This document shows positions 48,089 to 58,810 of a stretch of DNA of 64,000 nucleotides, piece after piece. How positions within the stretch are numbered: position 1 is the stretch's first letter; each line of letters opens with the position of its first letter. Source of the stretch: an uncultured Pseudomonadales bacterium (GTDB lineage Bacteria > Patescibacteriota > Microgenomatia > UBA1400 > RBG-16-45-19); NCBI GenBank assembly GCA_964441155.1, contig CAYYKL010000001.1, positions 216,393 through 280,392 of the forward strand. Reading direction: 5' to 3'. A program made the translations under genes and the position numbers. Under the pieces are notes generated by a model, which was not told the DNA's origin, ran no database searches, and saw nothing but the letters and a program-made list of their open reading frames with translations.

Positions 48089-48942
48089 ATGAGATTATGT
48101 TTCTAAGTAAAATTTCCGAAAATGACCGTTCAAGGGTCGGCGGCAAAGCATTGTCACTGGCCATGTTAATCCACAATGGTTTTCCCGTGCCTAATGGGTT
48201 TGTCATTGCAACTAACAGCATAATTGGGCTTTCCCAGAATAAAGCATCACAAGAGATTGAAACAGCAATAATTCATGCCTTTGAAAAACTTGGCTCTACG
48301 CGCGTTGCTGTTCGATCTTCAGCGATAAGTGAAGATTCTGTAATTGCGTCATTCGCAGGCCAATATAAAACTATTCTTAATGTAACCAAAGAAAACCTAA
48401 TAACACGGGTACGAGAATGCGCTCAGTCAGCGACCGCGCTACATGTTGCAGAATACGAAAACACAATTGGCTTAAGCGCATCAACTGATCATATCGCCGT
48501 AATAGTTCAAAATATGGTGGATAGTGACATTTCTGGTGTAATGTTTACCTCAAATCCAGTTACGGGTAACCCCAATGAAGTCATGATCGAATGTATTTAT
48601 GGATTAGGTGAATTATTAGCACAAGGAAAAGTCACGCCCGCAAACTTTATTGTAGATAAACAGTCTGGCGCAATTCTCGCTAAAGAATCAAGTGATCAAG
48701 ATATCGTGATGAAGTATAAGACTGGAAAAACTCAAACCCACAAACTTAATAAAGATGTTTTTCCTTTAGAAATACTTAATTCAGCAGAAATCAGAAAATT
48801 GGTCACATTTGGACGAAAAATCGAATCACTTTTTGGAACTTCTCAAGACATAGAATGGGCAAAAGCAAGCGATGAATGGTGGATCTTACAATCTCGCCCA
48901 GTTACCACTAAGAAAGAAAATAATTGCTTGAATTTGATTTAG
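48085..48942 (+). CDS. Stand-alone PPDK/PEP-synthase N-terminal ATP-grasp domain
   Basis: VGGKA..L, VPNGFV, VAVRSSA..ED...SFAGQY, GLGE, QDIEWA, LQSRPVT; ATGA overlap with the upstream stop. Confidence 0.92.
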   Translation: MNEIMFLSKISENDRSRVGGKALSLAMLIHNGFPVPNGFVIATNSIIGLSQNKASQEIETAIIHAFEKLGSTRVAVRSSAISEDSVIASFAGQYKTILNVTKENLITRVRECAQSATALHVAEYENTIGLSASTDHIAVIVQNMVDSDISGVMFTSNPVTGNPNEVMIECIYGLGELLAQGKVTPANFIVDKQSGAILAKESSDQDIVMKYKTGKTQTHKLNKDVFPLEILNSAEIRKLVTFGRKIESLFGTSQDIEWAKASDEWWILQSRPVTTKKENNCLNLI

Positions 48943-49799
48943 AGAAACAGCAATAATAATCCCAGCGTTACTCCGGCAATCCCAACTACTTTTTTAGCGG
49001 TTAGCTCATCTTTGAAAATAAGCGCAGACATAAGAGTCAAAAGTGAAATTGACCCCGCATTTGCTGCGTTTACAAAACCTACATTAGGCGCACTATCAAA
49101 AGCAACTTGCATAAAATAATTAAACGTGGCCCCGCTTATACCGATTATCAATAAAGCCAACCATTGTCTGTTTGATCGATTTTTAATACTGATTTTTTTA
49201 ACAAACATTTCACCAGAAATGAGCAAGGTCACGATGACCATAGAGTAAACCAATCTTATAAGAATGGGGACACCAAGGTTGAGCAAGTATTTTGAACTCA
49301 GCGCAAGCATTCCCCAACAAAAGAATGCGCCCAAAGTGTAGGCAATCCAAGAACGATTGTTCTGATGTGTAGATTTACTTTTCTCGATGATTATCACTGC
49401 AGAGAATCCAATAATGAAACCAATGGCAACAATCGATTTTAATGTGAGTGGTGCATCAAACAGAAAAATTGAGGCTACTGCGGTAAAGACAACATAACTT
49501 TTAGAAATAATTAGGCTATATCCTGGGTTAGGCGAAAGCTGAATTCCTTTGAGCGAGAATACGTTTCCCAGGTAACTAAAGAAAATTGCTTGAACAACAA
49601 TCAGTGTTAACGCAAATGCTGAGATCGAGTAAGAAGTTGAAGTAGTTGCCAACATGAGAAGATATATAATTACAGGAATCAAAAACATGGCCAAATTATT
49701 TAGTTGGTTCGGAGTTTTTAAACTGTTACTCCAACGCACGGCCAAATACAAAACTACGGATGAAACGAACATGATTAAACTTGCTAGTATCCAATGCAT
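48939..49799 (-). CDS. EamA/DMT family transporter
   Basis: 10 TMs in two repeats (SPNPGY / APNVGF). Confidence 0.88.
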   Translation of the reverse strand: MHWILASLIMFVSSVVLYLAVRWSNSLKTPNQLNNLAMFLIPVIIYLLMLATTSTSYSISAFALTLIVVQAIFFSYLGNVFSLKGIQLSPNPGYSLIISKSYVVFTAVASIFLFDAPLTLKSIVAIGFIIGFSAVIIIEKSKSTHQNNRSWIAYTLGAFFCWGMLALSSKYLLNLGVPILIRLVYSMVIVTLLISGEMFVKKISIKNRSNRQWLALLIIGISGATFNYFMQVAFDSAPNVGFVNAANAGSISLLTLMSALIFKDELTAKKVVGIAGVTLGLLLLFL

Positions 49800-49861
49800 A
49801 TAGTGACTCTATCACAAACTACATAATAAACTGGTTGTTTTTAGATCAAAAACTAAATTAT

Positions 49862-51046
49862 TTACAGCTTTCTTTTTGCCAAAGCAAATACACCTGAAGT
49901 TAACATCACGCCAATTATGAGAATTGCAATTGCTAATAATGCTATCGTCCAGGCCGCGTTGAATCGCTCGATGGAAATGCCAATGAACACTGCGGTCAGT
50001 ACATAGGGCAAGCGAGAAAGCATCGAAAAGGTTGAGAGAGCAGTGGCGCGAGAATTTGACGACACACTTTCATTGATCACGGTACTTGCCTGAATCTCTG
50101 GCCATTGATAGACAGCGAAGCGCGCTAAAATTAGCAATGATCCGAAAAGCATGCCGACAAAGGGAGCTAATATGGCCGATCCCAAAAGTATGCCCGCAGT
50201 TAACACGGCCAACCCCGAAAAGCCAAATATTTTTCTAAGCCATTCATAGAAAAAATTCCCCATTGCCCCCGCAAAAATGGCCACCGCGAACAACACTCCC
50301 ATAGTTGCCTCGTTTAAGCCATAGTAAATTGCCAAAGCGTTGTCTAATGATGCACCAATTGCGATAACCGCCACACTACTCATAAACAAAATCGATAACA
50401 GCGGTTTTGCCAACACACCGGTTTTTAGCACGTTAAACCCGACACCTGTTTTGGTCACAAATTCTTTGAAGCTGAAATGATCGGTGTCGATCGGCGGCTC
50501 GGTGAAAAAGAAGCTGGCTATGAGGGCAATTAAACACGTGAGTGCCAATAAATAGAAAGGCAAGCCCGGCAAAAGTGTGTAAGCGACGCCGCCCACAACA
50601 CTGGCCAATGCCATCGAAACAAGGCCTATCGAAGTCAATTTTGACAAAATCGCATCGTATTCCGCTTCACGCTTGAGCGTTTTAAGTGAGTCATAGATAA
50701 ACGCGTGATGCGTGCCTGAAAAAAGCGCGTGCCCGAGCCCAGCCAACAGCACTGAAATGAGCAACATCGAATAATTTTGCGCTGCGCCCATAATTAAGGC
50801 GTTAAGGCCAGTGATGAAGAATGCTGCCATGAGCGTTTTTTTCTTGCCAAAAAAGTCTGCAATCGCACCAGTGGGGATTTCAAACAAAAATGAACTGGTG
50901 TAGGCGACCAATTCGATGACCCCAATGCCTTGATAATCCGTGAACAAGAGATAAAAAGAGATCCAAATCCCCGACCAAAACAAAGCTTGGAAACAAGCGG
51001 TAGTCAAGTAACTGAGGCGAAGATTGCGCTGCATTAACGTTGTCAT
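49862..51046 (-). CDS. MFS transporter
   Basis: FEIPTGAIADFFGKKKT, SGT..AFIYDSL, RATALS. Confidence 0.92.
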   Translation of the reverse strand: MTTLMQRNLRLSYLTTACFQALFWSGIWISFYLLFTDYQGIGVIELVAYTSSFLFEIPTGAIADFFGKKKTLMAAFFITGLNALIMGAAQNYSMLLISVLLAGLGHALFSGTHHAFIYDSLKTLKREAEYDAILSKLTSIGLVSMALASVVGGVAYTLLPGLPFYLLALTCLIALIASFFFTEPPIDTDHFSFKEFVTKTGVGFNVLKTGVLAKPLLSILFMSSVAVIAIGASLDNALAIYYGLNEATMGVLFAVAIFAGAMGNFFYEWLRKIFGFSGLAVLTAGILLGSAILAPFVGMLFGSLLILARFAVYQWPEIQASTVINESVSSNSRATALSTFSMLSRLPYVLTAVFIGISIERFNAAWTIALLAIAILIIGVMLTSGVFALAKRKL

Positions 51047-51121
51047 ACAGTTAATTCTATACCCTCACAATATGCGCACTTAGCTCATTAAGCCTTATTA
51101 CTTACAGGCAAAATATTGTTC

Positions 51122-51182
51122 GATCCCGCTAAAAGTGGGAGAGAACTAAAAAAGAACTTACTTCTCGCTTTGCTCGAAGAAT
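51122..51182. repeat. Degenerate REP-like palindromes upstream of rlmN
   Basis: TCCCGC-taaaa-GTGGGA and CTTC-tcgctttgctc-GAAG hairpins; the first resembles the 52300-52320 hairpin. Confidence 0.35.
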
Positions 51183-51245
51183 ATTTCTTAGACTGAATCT
51201 CGTGTTTTTATGTATCTAACTCTCTCAAGAAGTATAATAGCGTGA

Positions 51246-52274
51246 ATGATTAGAATCTATGATTGGCTGGAAAGCCAAAATCAGCCGAAATTTAGGATCA
51301 AGCAGTTTAACCAAGCCTACTATAAAGAGCATGCTTTAAATTTTGAAGCTATTACCACTTGGCCAAAATCGTTGCGAGATGCCGCAAGCAAAGATTTGGC
51401 GTTTGATCTACTTGAATTGGTTCTTTCTCAGGATTCCAAGGAGAGCAAGACATCAAAATTTGTGTTTAAGCGTGCAAATGGACAACTTATTGAAACGGTT
51501 TTGATGCGCCACCAAGGAAAAAGGAACACGGTCTGCGTGAGTTGCATGCGCGGTTGCCCCGTCAAATGCACGTTTTGTGCGACAGGTGCCCTGGGTTTTG
51601 GCGGGCACTTGAGTGCGGATGAAATTGTGGAACAAGTCGTTTATTGCAATCGCCTGCTGGCTAAAGAAAAGGAATCCGTTACCAATGTTGTTTTTATGGG
51701 CATGGGTGAGCCAATGCTTAACTTGAACAATGTGGAGTCCTCAATCGACATAATGACGCATCCTGATCAGATCGGTCTTGGCGGAAGAAAAATCACGCTA
51801 TCTACTTCTGGATATGTCGCTCAACTACGCTTACTTATGGACAAAGGATTCAGAGGCAGATTGGCCATTAGTTTGCATGCACCAAATCAAGCGTTGCGAG
51901 AAGAGCTCATGCCCGTTGCCAAAGTATTTTCGCTGGATGAACTCATGCATGCCATGGACGATTTTGTGCGTCTCACCAATAAACGAATTACGTATGAATA
52001 TGTGATGATCAACGATGTAAACGATCGCTCAACACATGCTCATCAATTGGGAAAATTATTAAATAATCGTTTGGCCCACGTCAATCTCATTCCGTATAAC
52101 AAAGTTGAAGGCAAAACATTTGAACGCTCGAGTCAAAAATCGCTGCATCGCTTTGCGGCAATTTTAGATGGTTATGAGGTGGCGCACTCGATTCGAGGCA
52201 CTATGGGAGACGATATTGCCGCCGCATGTGGACAGTTAGCAGCAAGCATCACAGATTCCCAGACTCTTCAATAA
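51246..52274 (+). CDS. rlmN: Dual-specificity RNA methyltransferase RlmN (radical SAM)
   Basis: CPVKCTFC, FMGMGEP, SLHAP, YEYVMI, NLIPYN, DIAAACGQL. Confidence 0.93.
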   Translation: MIRIYDWLESQNQPKFRIKQFNQAYYKEHALNFEAITTWPKSLRDAASKDLAFDLLELVLSQDSKESKTSKFVFKRANGQLIETVLMRHQGKRNTVCVSCMRGCPVKCTFCATGALGFGGHLSADEIVEQVVYCNRLLAKEKESVTNVVFMGMGEPMLNLNNVESSIDIMTHPDQIGLGGRKITLSTSGYVAQLRLLMDKGFRGRLAISLHAPNQALREELMPVAKVFSLDELMHAMDDFVRLTNKRITYEYVMINDVNDRSTHAHQLGKLLNNRLAHVNLIPYNKVEGKTFERSSQKSLHRFAAILDGYEVAHSIRGTMGDDIAAACGQLAASITDSQTLQ

Positions 52275-52296
52275 ATATGATATCCACGAGCTATGT

Positions 52297-52400
52297 GTCA
52301 TTCCCGCTTTAAGCGGGAATCCAGGTTTACTACTATAGATTCCCGATGCAGGCACGCTTTGCCGAAGCTTGCACGGCTTCGCTGCCTCCTCGAGAATGAC
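52297..52400. repeat. REP/dRS3-like palindromic element
   Basis: Termini GTCATTCCCG...CGAGAATGAC (9/10 inverted); internal ATTCCCGC-tttaa-GCGGGAAT. Confidence 0.7.
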
Positions 52401-52415
52401 GTTAGAAATGAAAGA

Positions 52416-53948
52416 TTATTTACGGTTGTAGATGAGAATATCAGGCCCATTGGTTTGAGCAATTCGCTTGATTAGCGTCATTTCGTGCAACGGATGGAAT
52501 TCAATCGGACTTAAACCAATAGGGTCAATATCCTTTGTTTCCGCAATCACCACCAACTGCTCGAGATTATTGTAGTCATCTTCGTGAGCTGGTGGGTTAT
52601 TACTCACTTCAAAAAAGTAGCGGTAGTTTAATGCCTTGTATTCTCTGTCATCGGCGATCATGGCGACATTGTATTTTTTATCGGCAAGTAAAAAGGGCAT
52701 GGTTACATCAACTACTCGTTGGAATCGTGAGAGTGACTTGGCTTCGGCAGTGAATGGATGAGCTTGGCGGAGATTTATCAATGACACCAGCATGAGCAAG
52801 GAAATTGCCAGTCCTTTTCCGATTATGTGTGTTTTATAGATGGTTCCCAAAGCTACACCCCAAACTATGGCGGCTACCGGAAAGAAAAATGCCACATAGT
52901 GTTCATAGACAGAGCTCGTATATAAGTAGCTTCCAAGCCAGGTTGTGACCAGCAACAACAACACCATGAGAAAATTCTTCAAGGCAAATGATTTTTTGTA
53001 TGCTGCGAACATCCACGAGCAAACCAAGGCAAGCAATACGGGCGAAGTTGTGAGTGGTGAGGGCAAGTGAAAGAGATCGATAAGTAAAAATTTCAGGCGG
53101 TCAATAAGTTTAGTAGCCAAACTCAATCGTTGGGTAGTAGCACTTATGTGCACCTCATCACCCGTGAAAAAGCGAATAAATCCTTGGGACAATATCCCGC
53201 GGTTTTTCAAATCAAACGCAATTTGAGGTATGAGTGTTAATCCGAATAACAGGAAACCAACGAAACTCCATGCAAGAATGTGCTTTCTTTGCTTTGACTG
53301 GGTTGTCAACAGATAGAGCGAATACCCTCCGACTACCCCACCTATAACTAATGCCATGTAGTGCAATTGGATAATAAGCCCAAACATGAACCAAGCAATG
53401 GCTATAAACTTGGCATTTTTTTGGCTTTCATGGAGGCAATACATGATCAAGAGCATGAACAGCGGCATGATATTGGGATTCCAGGAAAAGCGACTGTGCG
53501 TGATTGCGCTCCCCATAACGACATAGAGGGCCAAAGAAAAAATTGCCGCGCGTTTGCCAAACATTTTGCGAGCCAAGATGTAAAGCAAAACTGTGCTCAA
53601 AACATTTGCCACAGCCACACCGATGACGGGGCCAACGGGACTTGGATAAGTGAGCGCCAACCAAGGAGCCATGTAGTAGTAGTAAAATGGACCAAGATAG
53701 AGATTACCCACACTTGTAACGGGACCAATAAAGGGAAGATTTCCCTCAGTTAGCATGCGCTTGACGAGAATTGCATCTCGACCTTGATCACCCTGAAAAT
53801 GGATCGTGTCGCTCAGGCGATAGAAACGCAAAAAACAACCCAAGAGAATGAGCGCAATAACCAGCATTCCTTCTGGCTTAGCCGCGAAAGATTTTAGAAT
53901 AGATACCATTCTTTTAAGGGGAAAAGAAACCATAGTCATGCCTCGCAT
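52416..53948 (-). CDS. GT-C fold (ArnT/PMT-like) glycosyltransferase
   Basis: LRFYRL...FQGDQGRD, GPFYYY, SRFSWNPN, QLHY; start uncertain. Confidence 0.85.
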   Translation of the reverse strand: MRGMTMVSFPLKRMVSILKSFAAKPEGMLVIALILLGCFLRFYRLSDTIHFQGDQGRDAILVKRMLTEGNLPFIGPVTSVGNLYLGPFYYYYMAPWLALTYPSPVGPVIGVAVANVLSTVLLYILARKMFGKRAAIFSLALYVVMGSAITHSRFSWNPNIMPLFMLLIMYCLHESQKNAKFIAIAWFMFGLIIQLHYMALVIGGVVGGYSLYLLTTQSKQRKHILAWSFVGFLLFGLTLIPQIAFDLKNRGILSQGFIRFFTGDEVHISATTQRLSLATKLIDRLKFLLIDLFHLPSPLTTSPVLLALVCSWMFAAYKKSFALKNFLMVLLLLVTTWLGSYLYTSSVYEHYVAFFFPVAAIVWGVALGTIYKTHIIGKGLAISLLMLVSLINLRQAHPFTAEAKSLSRFQRVVDVTMPFLLADKKYNVAMIADDREYKALNYRYFFEVSNNPPAHEDDYNNLEQLVVIAETKDIDPIGLSPIEFHPLHEMTLIKRIAQTNGPDILIYNRK

Positions 53949-53963
53949 ACTTTAGAAACGGAA

Positions 53964-55139
53964 TTATTTCTTTTTCCAAATGAAGGTAGTGTAGGCGGCA
54001 TAGTTCCAAACCATACCCAAAAAGATTCCAATTAGGGCGAACACAATGTCTGACTCAATCCATACAGCGAGCAGCGGAAGCAGAATGAGTGGACGCAAGC
54101 CAATGGTAGCTTGACCAATGAGTGCCACCACCTGCTGAATCACAATCGAACCTGTGGATGCTAAGTTGAATTGCACGAATTTAGAACCCAATTCGTTAGT
54201 GGCAAGCTTGCGATCTGCAAATGTTAAGAGATTGCTCCAAATGAAATTAGAAACAACCGCCATTTCCACACTAAAAAAATACGCCAGCTGGAACGGCAAA
54301 AAGAATCGAAACATTCTGAGTGTAGAGAGTTGCACGAGCGCCCCGATTGCTCCGACGAAGCCAAACCGAAATAGGCGGTGATTTCCAATCTCTTTGGCTC
54401 TAACTTTTAGAATGTATTTGAGGTTGTTAATAATATATTCCGTTCCTAGTTTTGATTCACCGTGATCGCGATCAATAAATTGAATGGGAACCTCGGCAAT
54501 CTTAAAATTTTTGCGAACTGCTTTATGTAGGAAGCCTATTTGGAACGAATATCCGGCAAATTTTGCCTCGGTAAGTTCGGGCAAGACTGCCTCAATTACA
54601 CTCCGCTTGATGCCTCGATATCCGGTAGTCCAATCGCTAATGGAAAAGTTGGTAATCACCAGTTGGATAAACTTATTGCCAAAAATGCTTAAAAATTTGC
54701 GATGAAGGCCCCAATCTGAGGGAATACTACCACCCTTGATATAGCGAGAACCCAAAACCATATCGAATCCTTCGCTTAGCTTTTTGAGCATGGGTTTAAT
54801 TTTATTTGGGTTATGCGAGAGGTCAGCGTCGAATTCAAACACAATGTCTGCTTTAAGTGAATCTAGGGCATAGCGCATGCCCTTGGTATAAGCCCCACCT
54901 AAGCCTGATTTTTTCTGATTCAGGAGCAAATGTACTCGCGTTGTTTTTTTCGCAAAAGCTTCTGCCACCTCACTTGTTTTATCGGGAGATGAGTCATCCA
55001 CCACTAAAATATATGGCTCATACGAATCGGTAATGGTTGGAAAAACCTGATCAAGAAGAATCGGCAGCAATCGGGAAATATTTTTGCGCTCGTTGTACGT
55101 GGGAACAATAATAACAACCTTAGGCTTGCTACTGGTCAT
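53964..55139 (-). CDS. Polyprenol-phosphate glycosyltransferase (GT2, DPM1-like) fused to a GtrA-like domain
   Basis: [31 protein letters not shown]; C-terminal RFGFVGAIG...SNF.W...TF.DR. Confidence 0.9.
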   Translation of the reverse strand: MTSSKPKVVIIVPTYNERKNISRLLPILLDQVFPTITDSYEPYILVVDDSSPDKTSEVAEAFAKKTTRVHLLLNQKKSGLGGAYTKGMRYALDSLKADIVFEFDADLSHNPNKIKPMLKKLSEGFDMVLGSRYIKGGSIPSDWGLHRKFLSIFGNKFIQLVITNFSISDWTTGYRGIKRSVIEAVLPELTEAKFAGYSFQIGFLHKAVRKNFKIAEVPIQFIDRDHGESKLGTEYIINNLKYILKVRAKEIGNHRLFRFGFVGAIGALVQLSTLRMFRFFLPFQLAYFFSVEMAVVSNFIWSNLLTFADRKLATNELGSKFVQFNLASTGSIVIQQVVALIGQATIGLRPLILLPLLAVWIESDIVFALIGIFLGMVWNYAAYTTFIWKKK

Positions 55140-56094
55140 GCTGCACCATCTCCACATCAGCTTTCACCATGATTTCCACCATTTCATCGAAGCTGGTTTT
55201 GGGAACCCAATTCAGTTTTGCTTTTGCCTTTGCCGGATCGGCCACCAACAAATCAACTTCAGCAGGGCGCATAAAATCATCGCTAATTTCAACATATTTC
55301 TGCCAATCAAGATCGACTGCTGCGAAGGCTTTTTGGGCGAATTCTTGCACCGACCACGTTAATCCGGTCCCAACTACAAAATCATCAGGCTCGTCTTGTT
55401 GCAGCATTAACCACATTGCCTCAACATAATCGGGCGCATAGCCCCAATCCCGCTTTGAACTCAAGTTACCCAGCAACAATTTGTCTTGCTTTTTTAAATA
55501 GATTCTGGCTACGGCATGAGAAATTTTGCGCGTCACAAACTCAAGGCCACGTCGAGGTGATTCATGATTAAAAAGAATTCCTGATGTGGCGAAAATATTA
55601 TACGATTCACGATAATTCACCGTGATCCAATGGCCGTAGACTTTGGCTACACCATAAGGGCTGCGAGGATAGAACGGTGTGGCTTCGTTTTGTGGAGTTT
55701 GCTGTACTTTTCCAAACATTTCGCTCGAACTTGCTTGATAAAACTTGGCATTGGGATTGGCTAGCTTTACTGCTTCCAGCATGCGGGTCACTCCGAGTGC
55801 CGTAAATTCTCCGGTTAAAACAGGCTGGCTCCAAGAGGTCGGCACAAAACTTTGCGCGGCCAGGTTATAGACTTCTTCTGGCTGTATATCTTTCACCAAC
55901 TGGGTGAGTGAGTGTTGGTCGAGGAGATCTCCTTGATGCAAGTGAATTGAATCGATAATGCCGTTGATGCGCTCGTAGTTTTGGGTTGAAGTGCGGCGCG
56001 TTACGCCATGCACTTCGTAGCCTTTTGTCAGTAAAAACTCAGCTAAATACGAGCCATCTTGACCAGTCACTCCGGTAATCAGAGCTTTTTTCAT
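55129..56094 (-). CDS. gmd: GDP-mannose 4,6-dehydratase
   Basis: [47 protein letters not shown]. Confidence 0.96.
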   Translation of the reverse strand: MKKALITGVTGQDGSYLAEFLLTKGYEVHGVTRRTSTQNYERINGIIDSIHLHQGDLLDQHSLTQLVKDIQPEEVYNLAAQSFVPTSWSQPVLTGEFTALGVTRMLEAVKLANPNAKFYQASSSEMFGKVQQTPQNEATPFYPRSPYGVAKVYGHWITVNYRESYNIFATSGILFNHESPRRGLEFVTRKISHAVARIYLKKQDKLLLGNLSSKRDWGYAPDYVEAMWLMLQQDEPDDFVVGTGLTWSVQEFAQKAFAAVDLDWQKYVEISDDFMRPAEVDLLVADPAKAKAKLNWVPKTSFDEMVEIMVKADVEMVQHDQ

Positions 56095-56107
56095 GGGGAC
56101 TTCCTTC

Positions 56108-57091
56108 CTATCGGTTGTTGGTTGAAGTTAATTGCGTGTTTCGCCAATAGTGTAACACGCGCTCGAGGGTGACGTGTATGGGGACACTCGGTTGCCAACC
56201 GGATAATTTTATAAATTTTCTTGGATTACACACGAGCCTCGTCTCATCAGCAATCCGAACTCTTGATGCTTCTTGCTGGACCTGAATCTCAACGTCTGAC
56301 ATGTCAAGTAAAAGATTCAAAATTTCACGGATACTGATTTCCTTGCCAGAGCCGAGGTTGTACACTTCACCCGGTTTACCCAGCTCAAGTGCCAGCGCGT
56401 ATGCCCGCACCATATCTTTCACGTCCGTAAAATCACGAATCGACTCCAGGTTGCCTACTTGAATGGTGGGTTCTTGGCGATTGGCTTCAATAGCAGCAAT
56501 TTGCGCTGCAAATCCTGGAACCACAAAAGCGCTCACTTGTCGCTCACCCGTATGGTTGAAGGGACGCACTCGAATGACATTGAGGTTATAGGTGAGGTGA
56601 TACTGCAAACCCAAAAAATCTTGAGCAATTTTGCTTACCGCATAGGGAGTGACCGGATTTAAGCTTTGCAATTCATCTATTGCACTCGTGTCACTTCCTG
56701 AAGTAATCATGCCATATTCGTCCGCCGATCCTACAATGAGGATTTTTGCTTCGGGCGCAGACATTCGAAGTGCCTCAAGAAGATTCACTTGGGCAGTTAT
56801 GTTATTGGTCAGTGTTTCGGCTGGAGCATTGAGACTAGCAGCAGGTGATGAGAGGGCGGCCAAATGATACACCTGTGTCGGTTTGATCTCCTCGATTAAG
56901 TGTCTCGTCGCTTGTGTATCAAGCAGATTGAGGTCATGTAGATGCAGGCTTGGATTGTTAGCGAAAACGTTTATTTCAGTTCCAAACACCGTGCCATGCA
57001 ACTCCTGGACACTTTCACTAAGCAAGTATTCAGTGAGGTGTGATCCGGCAAATCCAGAAGCACCGGTGATGAGAATTCGATTATCTGACAT
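56108..57091 (-). CDS. GDP-4-keto-6-deoxymannose reductase-like SDR (Rmd-like)
   Basis: [33 protein letters not shown]...RDF.DV.D; adjacent to gmd. Confidence 0.75.
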   Translation of the reverse strand: MSDNRILITGASGFAGSHLTEYLLSESVQELHGTVFGTEINVFANNPSLHLHDLNLLDTQATRHLIEEIKPTQVYHLAALSSPAASLNAPAETLTNNITAQVNLLEALRMSAPEAKILIVGSADEYGMITSGSDTSAIDELQSLNPVTPYAVSKIAQDFLGLQYHLTYNLNVIRVRPFNHTGERQVSAFVVPGFAAQIAAIEANRQEPTIQVGNLESIRDFTDVKDMVRAYALALELGKPGEVYNLGSGKEISIREILNLLLDMSDVEIQVQQEASRVRIADETRLVCNPRKFIKLSGWQPSVPIHVTLERVLHYWRNTQLTSTNNR

Positions 57092-57107
57092 AACGTGCTG
57101 TTTCTTT

Positions 57108-58409
57108 CTAGAGTCTCACTTGCTTCATACCAATGCCCACATAGGTGAATCCGGCTTGAACAACTAATTTCGGATCATATTGATTCCTCGTGTCGATAAA
57201 GCAGCACTGTTTATTGCTTCGAGCTTTAAGCTTGCGTAAATCCAGGTTGGTAAGCTGTGACCATTCAACAAGCAACATAATAACTTGAGCTCCCTTTGCC
57301 GCTTCATAGGCATCTGCCGCGTAGGTAATTCCTTCAAGCAGAGCCTTAGCTTCTTCCATGGCTTGCGGGTCGTGAGCGGTGATGGTGGCACCCTGCTCTA
57401 ATAGGTAAGGAATCACTTTTAACGAAGGTGCTTCGCGCATATCATTAGTGTTGGGCTTGAATGACAATCCCAAAATGGCTATCGATTTGCCTGCAAAGCC
57501 TCCAATTGCTTCTCCGAATTCCTGCATTTTGTTGAAAATGCGAGCATCGTTTAGCTCGTCAATTTTTACCAAAAGACTGTCAGCTTCACCAACACTTCGC
57601 GCATAGGCCGCCAATTCTTTCACATCTTTGGGGAAACACGACCCGCCATAGCCAAGACCCGGATACCAATAATGACTACCGATTCGAGCATCAGCCCCAA
57701 TTGCCTGAATCACTTCCTGAATATTGGCCCCGTTTTTCTCACACAGATTGGCAATTTGGTTTATGAAAGTGATGCGTTGCGCGAGGTATGCGTTGGCCGA
57801 ATACTTGGCCATTTGCGCGCTTTCAGGACTTATGATGATGCGCTTACCACTTAATGGTTCATGTAATTGCAATAGGGTTTCGATAACCTGAGGCTCTGTA
57901 GCACCAATCACCACTCGATCAGGATTGAGTGTGTCGTAAACTGCAGAGCCTTCTTTTAAGAATTCTGGCAAGCTGGCCACATAAAAATTTTTGTTGGTAG
58001 TGCTTGCCAAAATCTCTCTGACTTTATCACTCGTTCCTGGCGGTACTGTGCTTTTTAGAGCCACAATTGCACCGTCTTTAAGATGAGGCGCCATCGCCTT
58101 CGTTGCCAGTTCTACATACCTGAGGTCTGCCGTGCCATCCGGGGCACTCGGTGTCCCCACGGCGATAAAAATTACCTGGGCTTCGCTTATCGCTTGTTGA
58201 TAATCTGTGGTAAATGTAAGTGTTTTGGCTGCAAGTGCTTCTTGCAACAAATCATCAAGTTGGGGTTCGAAAAAGGGAGCATGTCCATCGTTCAACGTAG
58301 CAATCTTGGATTCGTCAATATCGAGACCAATTACTTGATTGCCAAACTTGGCAAAAACGGCGCTGGTAACAACACCAACGAATCCAGTTCCAATAACAGT
58401 CAGTCGCAT
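57108..58409 (-). CDS. ugd: UDP-glucose/GDP-mannose 6-dehydrogenase
   Basis: GTGFVG, AVGTP, KSTVPPG, PEFLKEG, GYGGSCFPKD, FKPNTNDMREAP. Confidence 0.93.
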   Translation of the reverse strand: MRLTVIGTGFVGVVTSAVFAKFGNQVIGLDIDESKIATLNDGHAPFFEPQLDDLLQEALAAKTLTFTTDYQQAISEAQVIFIAVGTPSAPDGTADLRYVELATKAMAPHLKDGAIVALKSTVPPGTSDKVREILASTTNKNFYVASLPEFLKEGSAVYDTLNPDRVVIGATEPQVIETLLQLHEPLSGKRIIISPESAQMAKYSANAYLAQRITFINQIANLCEKNGANIQEVIQAIGADARIGSHYWYPGLGYGGSCFPKDVKELAAYARSVGEADSLLVKIDELNDARIFNKMQEFGEAIGGFAGKSIAILGLSFKPNTNDMREAPSLKVIPYLLEQGATITAHDPQAMEEAKALLEGITYAADAYEAAKGAQVIMLLVEWSQLTNLDLRKLKARSNKQCCFIDTRNQYDPKLVVQAGFTYVGIGMKQVRL

Positions 58410-58475
58410 ATCCCGTTAGTGTAGCACAAGAAAAATCATTTGGTTTATCGAGGAAATTGCCATGCAAATTATTAT

Positions 58476-58760
58476 CTATTTGATATTTCCCATCCAATTG
58501 TCTTCACGCTCTTTGATGATGTGCTCCTGGACCCTGGCACTGCAGCCTAAATGCTGACTCTCGGTGAAGTTTGCGCAGGCATCCATATGCTTAAGGGCTT
58601 GTTTATCGGCCAGCTCATATCCCGCCTTAAATGCCTCACAATTACCAAAGCAAGGATAGCCTTTATAAATCTCCGAAGACTTAATGTCTGAGTTTTGGGT
58701 GTTGCCCATACATCCACCAAAAAGAATTAGAGAAAGAAAAAGTAACGGCAGATATTTCAT
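58476..58760 (-). CDS. Small lipoprotein with four Cys in the mature part
   Basis: Lipobox-like FGGC; CFGNC..FKAGY..A...C...GC. Confidence 0.7.
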   Translation of the reverse strand: MKYLPLLFLSLILFGGCMGNTQNSDIKSSEIYKGYPCFGNCEAFKAGYELADKQALKHMDACANFTESQHLGCSARVQEHIIKEREDNWMGNIK

Positions 58761-58810
58761 GAGCTTTTATCCTATGGATAGTAAGATCACAAATCAAGTG
58801 CTTGATTGCC

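Noticed and set aside
46727-48942. Annotation as ppsA/ppdK or as bona fide rifampin phosphotransferase
   Set aside because: No pyruvate-binding barrel is present, and the substrate domain is much shorter and split from the ATP-grasp domain.
51246-52274. Cfr-type resistance methyltransferase
   Set aside because: The motifs fit the RlmN/Cfr family generally and nothing visible specifically supports Cfr; a phylogeny would be needed.
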